Source: Mycoplasmoides pneumoniae FH (lineage in GTDB: Bacteria; Bacillota_I; Bacilli_A; Mycoplasmatales; Mycoplasmoidaceae). Taken from it: a stretch of 32,000 nt of DNA. The notes under the pieces were generated by a model. That model saw only the letters and a program-made list of their open reading frames with translations, was not told where the DNA came from and made no database searches. Within the stretch, counting starts at the first letter, position 1; every line of letters begins with the position of its first letter. The DNA lies in the NCBI RefSeq assembly GCF_001272835.1, contig NZ_CP010546.1, positions 632,809 through 664,808 on the forward strand. The letters are read 5' to 3'. A program made the position numbers and the translations under genes. Of this stretch, positions 22,345 through 32,000 are shown piece by piece.

Positions 22345-22381
22345 TAAACCCCTCATAAATAATTAATAAGTAAATATAAAA

Positions 22382-22750
22382 ATGGCAAAACTAGATAAAA
22401 ACCAATTAATTGAATCGTTGAAGGAAATGACCATCATGGAAATCGATGAAATCATTAAGGCTGTAGAAGAAGCTTTTGGAGTATCGGCAACACCTGTAGT
22501 AGCTGCTGGTGCTGTTGGTGGTACACAAGAAGCTGCTAGCGAAGTGACTGTGAAAGTTACTGGTTACGCTGACAACGCTAAATTAGCTGTGTTAAAGCTT
22601 TACCGCGAAATTGCTGGTGTTGGTTTAATGGAAGCTAAAACTGCTGTGGAAAAACTTCCTTGTGTTGTTAAGCAAGACATCAAACCTGAAGAAGCTGAAG
22701 AACTTAAAAAGCGTTTCGTTGAAGTTGGAGCAACTGTTGAAATCAAATAA
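22382..22750 (+). CDS. rplL: 50S ribosomal protein L7/L12
   Basis: LKEMTIMEIDEIIKAVEEAFGVSA...NAKLAVLKLYREIAGVGLMEAKTAVEKLPCVVKQDIKPEEAEELKKRFVEVGATVEIK. Confidence 0.98.
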   Translation: MAKLDKNQLIESLKEMTIMEIDEIIKAVEEAFGVSATPVVAAGAVGGTQEAASEVTVKVTGYADNAKLAVLKLYREIAGVGLMEAKTAVEKLPCVVKQDIKPEEAEELKKRFVEVGATVEIK

Positions 22751-22756
22751 TCAACA

Positions 22757-22930
22757 ATGGCAGTACAACAACGACGCTCAAGCAAACACCGTCGTGACAA
22801 AAGACGTTCCCACGATGCACTAACAGCTCAAGCGCTGAGTGTTTGCCAAAAATGCGGTAAGAAAAAACTGTCCCACCGAGTCTGTTCGTGTGGAATGTAT
22901 GGTGATCTGAGAGTAAAAAAGGCTTATTAA
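22757..22930 (+). CDS. rpmF: 50S ribosomal protein L32, absent from the ORF track
   Basis: [57 protein letters not shown], 57 aa with zinc-type cysteines. Confidence 0.96.
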   Translation: MAVQQRRSSKHRRDKRRSHDALTAQALSVCQKCGKKKLSHRVCSCGMYGDLRVKKAY

Positions 22931-22941
22931 AAGCCTTTTTT
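22915..22941. terminator. Shared bidirectional terminator between convergent rpmF and rpsT
   Basis: AAAAAAGGCTT-ATTAA-AAGCCTTTTTT: symmetric hairpin with an A tract on one side and a T tract on the other. Confidence 0.8.
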
Positions 22942-23203
22942 ATTTGCCTTCAACAGCTGTTACTTGTGTTTTATTTAAAACAGCAGCGTTGCGTGATTTT
23001 AAACGACGCGCACGATTAGTAGAAATAATACCTTTACGTGCTAAGCGATCTGCTTGGGAATAAACATTACCAAGGTTGTCTAGGTTAATTTCCTTGTGAA
23101 AATTCTTCACGTTGGTCTTTAACTTAGTTTTCTGTCCCTTGTTATTCAGATTACGTTTAATGTTTTGTCGTAAACGTTTTTCGTTCGATTTGATATTAGC
23201 CAT
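22940..23203 (-). CDS. rpsT: 30S ribosomal protein S20
   Basis: MANIKSNEKRLRQNIKRNLNNKGQKTKLKTNVKNF...SQADRLARKGIISTNRARRLKSRNAAVLNK. Confidence 0.96.
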   Translation of the reverse strand: MANIKSNEKRLRQNIKRNLNNKGQKTKLKTNVKNFHKEINLDNLGNVYSQADRLARKGIISTNRARRLKSRNAAVLNKTQVTAVEGK

Positions 23204-23263
23204 TTAGGTTTTTTCGCGATTCACAGTATATTATTATCTTACTAATGTAGCTAACAATCATAA

Positions 23264-23920
23264 ATGAATGGTGGTGGACAACAGGGTGGTTTTTTTGGCC
23301 TACTCGTCATAATTATCCCTGTCATATTGTTGATTGTCTTTTTCTCTAAAAAGAAGAATTCACAAAAAACAGAGTTTGGTGGTGAAGGGGGCAGCCGTGC
23401 TTCCAAAAAAGATGAAGTTTGAAAGACAGTAAAGCAATTTCTCCAAGAACAAAACGAACGCGGCAAGGAAATTATCAAAACTTTTGTCGCTAAGAATCCT
23501 AATCCCTTGCACTCCAGGAAAGACCGGCAGTTTTTTAACCAAGAAGTGCAAGCTTACATTACAGCCCATAACTTAAGCAAAACAGCAGCCAAGCGTTACC
23601 GTCACGAGCAATTAAAACTCAAACAACGTGAACTGTACTGCATTTACTTCATTACCAAGGACGCTAAAACCAGCGTTTTTGATGAAGCACGCATTATTGA
23701 AGCTGAAGTTTACCAAAAGCCCAATAAAACGGGTAAGGGTGCACCAGAACGTTTAATTCGAATCTTAGGATTGAAAAACTTCAATGACGAAATGAAGTGG
23801 ATTCAACCACTAATGGATCGCGAGGAAAAACGAAAGGAAAAAGAAGAGAAACGCAAGCGGGAATTGGCAGCACGTCAGTTAAAAAGACAAGAAAAGAAAA
23901 AACAAAAAACTTCCAAATAA
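23264..23920 (+). CDS. Single-pass membrane protein with Lys/Arg/Glu-rich C-terminus (MG364/MPN542-like), 218 aa
   Basis: MNGGGQQGGFFGLLVIIIPVILLIVFFSKKKNSQKTEFGGEGG...VWKTVKQFLQEQNERGKEIIK..., joined through TGA(Trp) to ORF 23507-23920. Confidence 0.85.
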
Positions 23921-23924
23921 CAAG

Positions 23925-24860
23925 ATGATTAAAGTGGTTTTCTTTGGGACATCCACCCTTTCAAAGTGTTGTTTAGAAGCAATTTTTCAAGATCCTGAGT
24001 TTGTGGTTTGCGGCGTAGTGACCCAGCCCGATAAGGTAAACGAGCGCAACAATAAAATTAACTTTTCTGCAGTTAAACAATTTTGTATAGAAAACAACAT
24101 TCCCTGTTTTCAACCAGAAAAAAACATTCAGATTAAAACAGAGTTAGCCCAACTCCAAGCTGATATTGGCGTTTGTGTAGCCTTTGGCCAATACATCCAC
24201 AACGATATTATTAACCTCTTTCCTTACAAGATTGCCAACCTACACCCCTCAAAATTACCACTACTGCGTGGTGGAGCACCATTGCACTGAACCATTATTA
24301 ACGGTTTTACGACCTCTAGTTTAAGTGTGATTGAACTCGTACAAAAAATGGATTCTGGTCCGATTTGAAAGCAAAAGGACTTTAAGGTGAATCCCAATTG
24401 GAATACCGGTGATCTATTTGAATACGTGCAAACTCACGCACCGCAATTTCTGATCCAGTGCCTTAAGGAAATTGTAAGTGGTAAGAGTCAATGAAAAGAG
24501 CAAATTAATCCACCTACTTTTGGTTTGAATATTAAAAAGGAACAAGAAAGACTTGACCTCAATTTGGAACCAAAAGCATTCATCAATTGGGTGAAAGGGT
24601 TGGCACCTAAACCTGGTGGTTGACTGGAATTTGAAGGACAAAACATTAAAATTCTCCAAGCAACTTACTTGGGCAAAATGACAAGTACAACCGCAGTTGG
24701 TCAAATCACTAAAATTTCTAAACAAGGTATAGAAATCGCCTTAGCTAATGATGAAATTGTTCTACTCCAAATAATTCAAATTCCGGGAAAGCGGGCAATG
24801 GGAGTGTCAGAAATAATTAACGGTAAACATCCTTTTGCTGAAGGTAAATTTTTTCATTAA
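23925..24860 (+). CDS. fmt: Methionyl-tRNA formyltransferase, 311 aa
   Basis: VVFFGTSTLSKCCLEAI, GVVTQPDK, ANLHPSKLPLLRGGAPLHWTIINGFTTSSLSVIELVQKMDSGPI; joined via TGA(Trp). Confidence 0.94.
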
Positions 24861-26854
24861 TGCTCACCAAGGCCTTTTTTTTAAAAAACTTTGATCGCTC
24901 AAAGGAGTTGATTCCTCTGTCTTACGCTGATGTTTTTGGCGCTGCTAGTCAATTGTTAAAAAAACACCATAAGCAGGTCGATACCGAAATTGATGTGCAA
25001 GAAGATCTAATTGAAGATCCGGTATTTGAAATAGATATTTTAGAGCTACTCAACGAAGCGCCAGAACTATTATTTGATAGTAAAAATCCTCGGGTTAAAG
25101 AGGCACAAATCATTATTGAAAAGGCCAAAAAAGATATTGCTAGCTATTTCCACTTAGACAATATTTTAGACACTGACAACTTAGGGTTAAAAGCCACTGT
25201 TACCGAAAAAATCCAATTTACCGAAAAACAAATCGAAGCTGCAGTACAAAACAAAAAAGCAGCGATTATTTTTAAACCAGTGTTTACCGTCAACCAGTGT
25301 TTAATCCAACCAGATGCTGTAGTAGTACATGCTAATGGTTTGTGTGAGTTTGTTGTTATTAAAGCGACAACAAATACCAAGAGAAAATTTATCTTGGAAA
25401 TTATTTATGACTTCTTGCTGTTTGAAAAATTGGGCAAATACAAACTGGTTAACTATTACTTCTGCATAGTTAATTATGAACTGAAAAATAAACACAATGT
25501 TTCCTTCTTTTTAAACACCGAAATTAAAACAGCCAAAAACAGTAGTACGAGTAAAACTAAAGAAGAGCAAGTGTTGTACGGGCATCTCCCTTTTAATGAT
25601 CCAAAAAAAATTGCTTACATTCATAGCAAGAAGAGTGGTGGTGTCAATGGTTTTCTGCTCGTCAAACTAGTGGACAACATTATTAGAAGCGGTGTTACTA
25701 ATTTGGAACAAATTATTAGTTTTGTTTTTCGTGAACTGAATGCACCCAGCATTCGTAGCTTAAAGCAAATTATTAGTGAAGTAGCTAAAGTACAACTTGA
25801 TTTTTGGAACATTATTGATGATGTTAAACAACACCAAGAGTTACAAGACAACCAAATTACCTTCAATTACAGTGATGCCTTCAACTCTTTTTGGAATAAC
25901 TATTTATTGCGCAATCTAATTAAATTAGTCTTTGCTTATAAATACAGTGAAATCTTTCGACTTTCAGGAAAATTAGCTAAATGAGATGAAGTAGTTGAGG
26001 CTTATAAAGAAAACAAATCGGTGAAAATTGATGGCTTTTTATACGAACTTAACCAAAGGAAAATGAAAAAAACTAAAAATCCCGCTACTTCCCAATTTAA
26101 CAAAATCCACTTTTTTCTAAGAGCTTGAAACGATAAAAAGGGGATTGCTGTTGGTAATAAATTTAAGAGTGTTTGACAAAAGCTCAAAGAAAAAAAAGTT
26201 TACTTTGATTTTGAAACAATTAGTTCTGCAGTTAGAGTAATTGATAAATCCTTACCCTTTACCCAAATTGTGACCCAGTGTTCTCTTATTGTTGATGACA
26301 ATACCGAGTCTGATAAAAGCAAGTTAGTTTGTCAAAACCTGATCTTTGATCCGCTAACTATTGGTATTGAGGACTTTAAAACAGTCGTTGATGTCCTTTA
26401 CCAAAAGCAGTGTGACCAGTACAGTTTTGTCGTTTATAACAAATCGTTTGAAAAGAACAGGTTACTGGAAATGGTTACTTTTATCAATGAAGCTCCATAC
26501 CAACAAAGAGTGCAAGCAATTATTGAAAATTTATTTGATTTAGCAGATATTTTTGGACTTGAAAATGATTGCTTAGCCTTTAAACAACTTGATGGTTTTT
26601 CATCAATTAAAAAGGTCTTGCCAATGATTGATCAACGCTTTTTAGATGCTAGTCGAACTGTTAGTTACCAATCATTAAAGGTACAAAAAGGTGATGTAGC
26701 ACAAGAGCTTACTTTGGCACGCTTTTTAAATTGTTTAGACGAACAGCAATGAGCACAAACTGCGTTAGAATTAAAGCAGTACTGTGAAAACGATGTACGT
26801 GCCATGATTGCAATCGAACTGTTTATTAAGGACTTGATTACGAATCAGCTTTAA
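24860..26854 (+). CDS. DUF2779-type protein: degenerate PD-(D/E)XK-like region plus DEDD 3'-5' exonuclease-like domain (MG366/MPN544-like), 664 aa
   Basis: ORFs 24860-25984 and 26270-26752 are in frame, start overlaps the fmt stop (TAATG). Exo motifs YFDFETI, VVYNKSFEKNRL, LFDLADIF, GFSSIKKVLP, YCENDVRAMI. Confidence 0.8.
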
Positions 26855-27686
26855 CCTTATTCTTTAAAGCTTTTAGTTTTGGTTTACGTGCCTTTCAGTT
26901 AATCTTTTTCGGTCTAACTGTTAAAGCTCGCATAGGCTTTTGACTGTCTAACTTATTTTTAATGTCACTAAAAAAGTTAATGCCTTTACCACTTTTAAGA
27001 AACTGGGTAAAGGCTGACATTGCATTGTGTTCTAACACGCTCTTGTCATCATAGTGTTTACTGTTAGGTACAGCTTGTGACCAGATAATGTCACCGTTAA
27101 GCTCAATAATACTCAACACAAGGTTATTGCTAGTTAAACTAACCCGTACCCTAGGTTCTGGTAGCTTTTGTTCTTGAAACAGTGAAAAGAAGTTGTACTT
27201 GAGAATTTCTGAGTAAGTTTTTTTAAAAATATGTTCTTCGACAAATTGATTCGCTTTCTCTATGCCAAGGTCTTCGTAAATGGCTGCCACTAACGCCTCT
27301 AGTACATCACCAAAAAGTGTTTCAGTATACGGCATTCCTTTACCTAACTTAATGAAATTGCCAAAGTTCAATTCCTTCCCAATACGGTTGAGGTTTTCGC
27401 CCTTAACAATTTCAATCTTAGTTCTGGTCAACATACCTTCGTTGTAATTGGGATAAAGCTCAAACAGTTTTTTCGCTACTATGAAATCAATTAAGGCATC
27501 ACCTAAAAATTCCAATCGATCATAGCTTGCGCGTGCATCTTCATTTTCATTAACGTAAGAAGAATGAACAAAGGCATCTTCGTAAAACTGTCAGTTTTGC
27601 GGTTCAATGTTTAAACTCTTGAAAAAAGCGACAAACTTTTCATCAATGACCTTAGGTTTTTGAGTTTTATCTTTCTTATTTTTCAT
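26838..27686 (-). CDS. rnc: Ribonuclease III, 282 aa
   Basis: YDRLEFLGDALIDFIVAKKLF RNase III signature, GDVLEALVAAIYED, C-terminal dsRBD-like region; TGA=Trp at 26895, true stop TAA at 26838-26840. Confidence 0.96.
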
Positions 27687-28662
27687 AGTTATCTAAGGAA
27701 CTTTTAATGGCGTTAATTAGATCAGACTTTAAGCTAGTGTGTGCTAATCTAATGGTGCTTAAAAACTGTTGTTTATCAGCTGATCCATGGGTTTTTAAAG
27801 CAAGTTTATTTAAACCGATAACAACGGCGCCTGCGTTATTTTTGTAATCAAAACGCTTAGCAATTCTTTTCAAAATTCCCAAACTAAAAAGCCCAGCCAA
27901 CGGGTTACGCTTATAACCTTGCTTGAGAAGACGCGCAATTGTTTTAAAGGTGCCTTCCATTGATTTCAACACAAGATTACCGCTGTAACCATCAGCCACT
28001 AAGATATCACACACCCCGTCAAGTAAGAAGCGTGGTTCAATGAAACCAGTGAAGTTAAGGTGCTTATCTTCGTTTAGCAATTGGTAGCCTTCCTGGTGGT
28101 AATCAAAACCTTTATTGATTTCGGTACCAATGTTTAGCAATGCTATACGTGGACTAATTTTGTTGGTGGTCTTTTTGACAAAAATATCCGCCATTAGGCC
28201 CAAAAAATAGAGCTCTTTACCCGTAAAGTTCTTGTTAGCGCCAACATCTAAAAAGTAAAACCAGTCGTTATTGGCAGTTGGTACATAAGACATAAAAGCA
28301 CTTTTAACATCTTTATGGATTTTGCCAAAGCCATCGTATGTTAAAGAGGCATAAACGGCCGAGGAGCCAGCGGAAATCACAACATCAGCAGCACCATCAC
28401 GCACAAGGTTAATCGCTTTCTGCATTGAGTTGTTAACCTTGCGCCGTGCGGTTAGTGGTGTGTCGGTCATATCTATGCAAGAGCTGGCTAATTGCTTGGT
28501 AATGTTTTTAGGTAGATAATCAAGTCCGTCAAAGGTCTTTTCATCACCAACTAAGATAAATTCCAACTCTTGATGATAGCTCCAGTATTCTAATACTGCG
28601 TCAATTGCTTCACGCGGGTGGTTTTCAAAACCTAAACAATCAACTGCTAGTCTAAAAGCCAT
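27676..28662 (-). CDS. plsX: Phosphate acyltransferase PlsX
   Basis: FRLAVDCLGFENHPREAI...ADVVISAGSSAVYASLTYDGFG...DILVADGYSGNLVLKSMEG-type motifs (VCDILVADGYSGNLVLKSMEGT). Confidence 0.95.
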   Translation of the reverse strand: MAFRLAVDCLGFENHPREAIDAVLEYWSYHQELEFILVGDEKTFDGLDYLPKNITKQLASSCIDMTDTPLTARRKVNNSMQKAINLVRDGAADVVISAGSSAVYASLTYDGFGKIHKDVKSAFMSYVPTANNDWFYFLDVGANKNFTGKELYFLGLMADIFVKKTTNKISPRIALLNIGTEINKGFDYHQEGYQLLNEDKHLNFTGFIEPRFLLDGVCDILVADGYSGNLVLKSMEGTFKTIARLLKQGYKRNPLAGLFSLGILKRIAKRFDYKNNAGAVVIGLNKLALKTHGSADKQQFLSTIRLAHTSLKSDLINAIKSSLDNYEK

Positions 28663-30338
28663 TATTGTATGCCTAGTATATAAGAAAAAACTTTTTGTTC
28701 CCCTGGGGAAAACTCACAGAAAAGCTTGTATTTCTTTTCTATTTTTTCCTTCATTGCTTCCGCTTCCTCAGCGGTGATATCTTTACCATAGTAAGCTAAA
28801 AGAAACTCCGGCTTTTTTACCTTTTTCAAAAGGTGGTCAATGGTGTTGAACACGCATTGAACAAGCTCTTTTTCACTAACACAAATGCTGTTATTAGCTA
28901 CAGCAATAAAGTCACCCTTATTAACTTCAATCCGATTTTCCTTGTACTTTTTCGAAGCTTGAGTAATGGTTGCAGATGCAAAGCCTTTGACAAAACGGCG
29001 CATTGTTTTGACATTGGTGTGAATGTTAAGGTCACTGTTAAAAACAGTAAGCGCCGCTAGTGATTCAATCGGGTTGGTAGTCATCACACAATCAGCACTA
29101 ATCTTTTGGTGCTTTAATTGTTTTAACGCTTCGTTGGCAGAGAGAAAGTAGTTCTTGTCATGTAACAAGAAAATAATGTTACTGGAATGAGTTAGCTTGA
29201 CTGCTTCTAGTAACGAAAAGACCGAAGGTGCACCGGTGTCATCGGTACACAAGATAGCTTGAATGTCATAGTCTTCGCGAATCCGATCAGCAAAAGCTTC
29301 AGTTGGTACAGTCACTACTATGGCTGGTTTAATGTTGCGCTTCACAGGAGCGGGTTTTTGCTTCGCTACCTGTAAATTCATGTTTTCAATTTTGACGAGT
29401 TCAAACTCACCATAGTTAAGCCCAAGTTCTAATAACAGGTTAGGTTTTTCGGTATGGGCGTGTACTTTAACAAAGCCGTTATCTTTATCACTAGCAACTA
29501 CTACCGAAGTGGCAATTTTGCTCACCTTACTTTCAAACTTCTTTTGGTTAAACTTCTGCTTTTCAACTTCTTGACTTACTGACATGCCCAGTTTCAAGAC
29601 ATATTCAGTGCAGTAACCAAACTCTTCTTCCGTAACGTGTTTTTCACCGCTAATGGTCATTTGGCTCAATTCAGCACTGGTGAGCTTACCATCGTTTAAA
29701 GTAGCCTTTTCACCATAAAAGGACAACATCCCCTCTAAAAAGCAAGCGAACCCATAAGCACCTGAATCTACTACACCAGAGGCCTTTAACACTGGGAGCA
29801 TTTGCGGAGTTTTTTTAACTGTTTGTCAGGCTGTTTTAATTACTTGTTCAAACAGTTTTTGCACTGTTTTGGCACGGTTCTTTTGGTTTTTAAAGTCTGT
29901 GCTAATTAAGCGAATAACCGTGAGCATCGTACCCTCTACGGGCTTGGAGACATTCTTGTATGCCACCTCTTCGGCCTTTATAAAAGCTGTAGCAAAATCC
30001 TCTATGCCAAGTTCGGTTTCGGTGGCTGTTTTAGTGCTAATCATGTCACTAAAAAAGCCCTTCATAATTTGGGAAAAAATAACACCAGAGTTACCGCGTG
30101 AGAAAAGTAAAAGGTCACGGGTAAAGCTTTTGCCCAAATCACTAAAGCTCTTAATGTGGCTAATTTCACTCTCTAGTTTTTTGAACGCTTCACTCAACGT
30201 GACCTTCATGTTTGTCCCCGTATCACCATCTGGCACCGGGAAAACATTGAGTTGATTAATGTATTCGAAATTATTAGCTATATTCTTACAACCAAGACGC
30301 AACATGTCAATAAAGTTGCTTAAATTTACTGTAGACAT
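28662..30338 (-). CDS. fakA: Fatty acid kinase catalytic subunit FakA-like (DhaL/DAK2 plus DegV-like C-terminus), 558 aa
   Basis: NQLNVFPVPDGDTGTNMKVTL DhaL motif, SRGNSGVIFSQIMKGF, DSGAYGFACFLEG; ORFs 28662-29801 and 29826-30338 are in frame. Confidence 0.92.
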
Positions 30339-30392
30339 ACGAAGTTAAAACCTGTTTTATCTGTGATAAATCGGTTTATATTGCCATTAATT

Positions 30393-31373
30393 TTAAATTG
30401 AAACCCCTTTAATTAAACTAGCAAATCACGGTACTAGTTGGCTTTTAAACTGCCGTTGCGAGTAATTAGCCAGTAAGGGAAATTTCTGCTTATCTAATTG
30501 GGCAAAACTTAGATTTGTGGCATGTAAGGCTTGGTGTTTAAAATCGCGGTTACGGTTTTTAAATTGCAGTAATTGGTATTTTCTATCACCAACTAACTGG
30601 GTATTCAAGAGGTTTAAGCAAGCACGAATTTGGTGGGTTTTACCACTTACTAAGCGTATAGTAAGCAACGAAAGATCTAACTTAGTTAAGTACTTACTGT
30701 TTTCAAAAATGGTGGTAATCGGTTTAGCGTTAGGAAATGGTTTGGCCTTAACTGTTACCAAAGCTTGATAAGCATCTTTCGCTCAATAAGCTTTTTGTGT
30801 GCCCTTAAAATTAAATGGGCCAAACACTAATCCTTGGTATTGTTTCATTAACAAGTTATGGCGAAAAACCGCCTCTAACTCCTGTAATGCCTGGTTGGTT
30901 TTAGCACCTATTACCAAACCACAGGTATTACGATCAATTCGGTGCGCAAACCGTGGTATGAAGCTAAGACTGTTTTTAAAGTATTGATTATAACCACAGT
31001 GTTTCAGTAAGCTGTTAGCTAAATTAAACAGTTCGTGTTTAGCATCGGGTTGACACACTACACCCGCTGGTTTGTCCACCACAATGAGCTGTTCATCCTC
31101 AAAGATTACCTGCAAATCATCTTGGACTTGGGTTAAATCCACTACTTCGCTGTGGTTGTGTAAGTAAGGTTCAATTGCAAACTGAAAAACGATTGTATCA
31201 CCGCTGCTAACACGCTGACCTAATTTAGCCTTCGTGTTATTGAGCAAGACCTTACCTAAGCGCAACAATTTAAAGAACTGACTTAGCTTAATGTTGGGCA
31301 ACAACTTTAAACAAAACTTTTCAATCCTAACGTTTTCAACAGCTTTAGGCACTACAAACTTAGCTGTTGACAT
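30393..31373 (-). CDS. RluA/RluD-family pseudouridine synthase with S4-like N-terminus, 326 aa
   Basis: FAHRIDRNTCGLVIGAKTNQA (HRxD motif; track shows PRFAHRIDRNTCGL), IRLVSGKTHQIRACL; frame continued through TGA(Trp) at 30426 to TAA at 30393. Confidence 0.92.
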
Positions 31374-32000
31374 GCTTTTGTTTGGCTAAAAAGTCATCCA
31401 TAATTTCCACTAACTTCATAAACTGACGCTTGTCATCCAACACAAAGGCAGCAGCATACTTGTGCCCACCACCACCAAACATTTGCGCAAAGTTATTAAT
31501 CGGAATTGAGCGTGAACGAATGGAACCAATTCACTTCTTAATGTCTTCGTTAAAGTAACAAGTCGTCCAAATTTTGACTCCTTTGATGTTGTTTAAAGCG
31601 TGCACCATCGGTAGTGGTGAGACCACCCCAAACTGCTTATAAGTCCCTTTTTTAAGAAGTGCGTAAGCCAAACCATTCGGGGTGATCTTGGCTTTGTTTA
31701 AGACATAGCTAAAGTACTTGTGTTCTAAAAGTGGTTTTAGATAAACTGCATCATGAACCTTATTGCGGTTAAATCCAGTTTCTAGTAACTTAGCAGTTAA
31801 AGCAAAGGTTTGTGGGGTGGTAGCGGAACTGGAAAAGCGCTGTGTATCGGTAATAATACCCGCATAAATGTAAGCAGCCATCTCAGCATTAAGTTCATAA
31901 CCCATTTGCAAGATTAAGTAACCGACCATTTCTGCTGCTGCTGAAAAAGCCGGGTCAATCCATTCCAGATCAGCAAAACTCTCGGTTTTAGGATGGTGAT
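31360..32000 (-). CDS. DHH/DHHA1-family phosphoesterase (NrnA/pAp phosphatase-like; MG371/MPN549-like), partial, 5' end beyond the window
   Basis: DHHPKTESFADLEWIDPAFSAAAEMVGYLILQMG ... AGIITDTQRFSSSATTPQTF ... FGGGGHKYAAAFVLDDKRQFM; TAA at 31360-31362. Confidence 0.92.

Noticed and set aside
24414-24725. Minus-strand 103-aa ORF within fmt
   Set aside because: Antisense to fmt, whose continuous frame and motifs explain the region.

Overview
This 32 kb window is a dense mycoplasma chromosome segment. Gene order and protein content match the Mycoplasma pneumoniae / M. genitalium lineage (ileS ... clpB ... ackA ... ruvAB ... rplJL ... rnc-plsX-fakA). The organism clearly reads UGA as Trp. Most ORFs in the supplied table-11 track are fragments of longer genes interrupted by in-frame TGA codons that fall at conserved Trp positions, so I rejoined them. 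I support about 30 protein genes, 3 tRNAs (His-GTG, Leu-GAG, Leu-CAA), a perfect CIRCE operator upstream of clpB, and several hairpin terminators. I see no CRISPR array, transposon, prophage, toxin-antitoxin or defence island, and I do not think the window holds a dramatic new system. The most interesting items are: (1) a DnaB/DnaD-like gene overlapping a DnaI-like helicase-loader gene whose Walker A and B motifs appear lost; (2) a two-domain DUF2779-type protein with an apparently degenerate PD-(D/E)XK domain fused to an intact DEDD-type exonuclease; (3) a full-length recU with an acidic residue at a normally basic position, plus a Leu140 ruvB, which from memory may place the strain in the type 2 (FH-like) lineage; (4) three convergent gene pairs overlapping at their stop codons; (5) a small membrane protein ORF missed by the track; and (6) a hypothetical protein with possible transketolase-like features.
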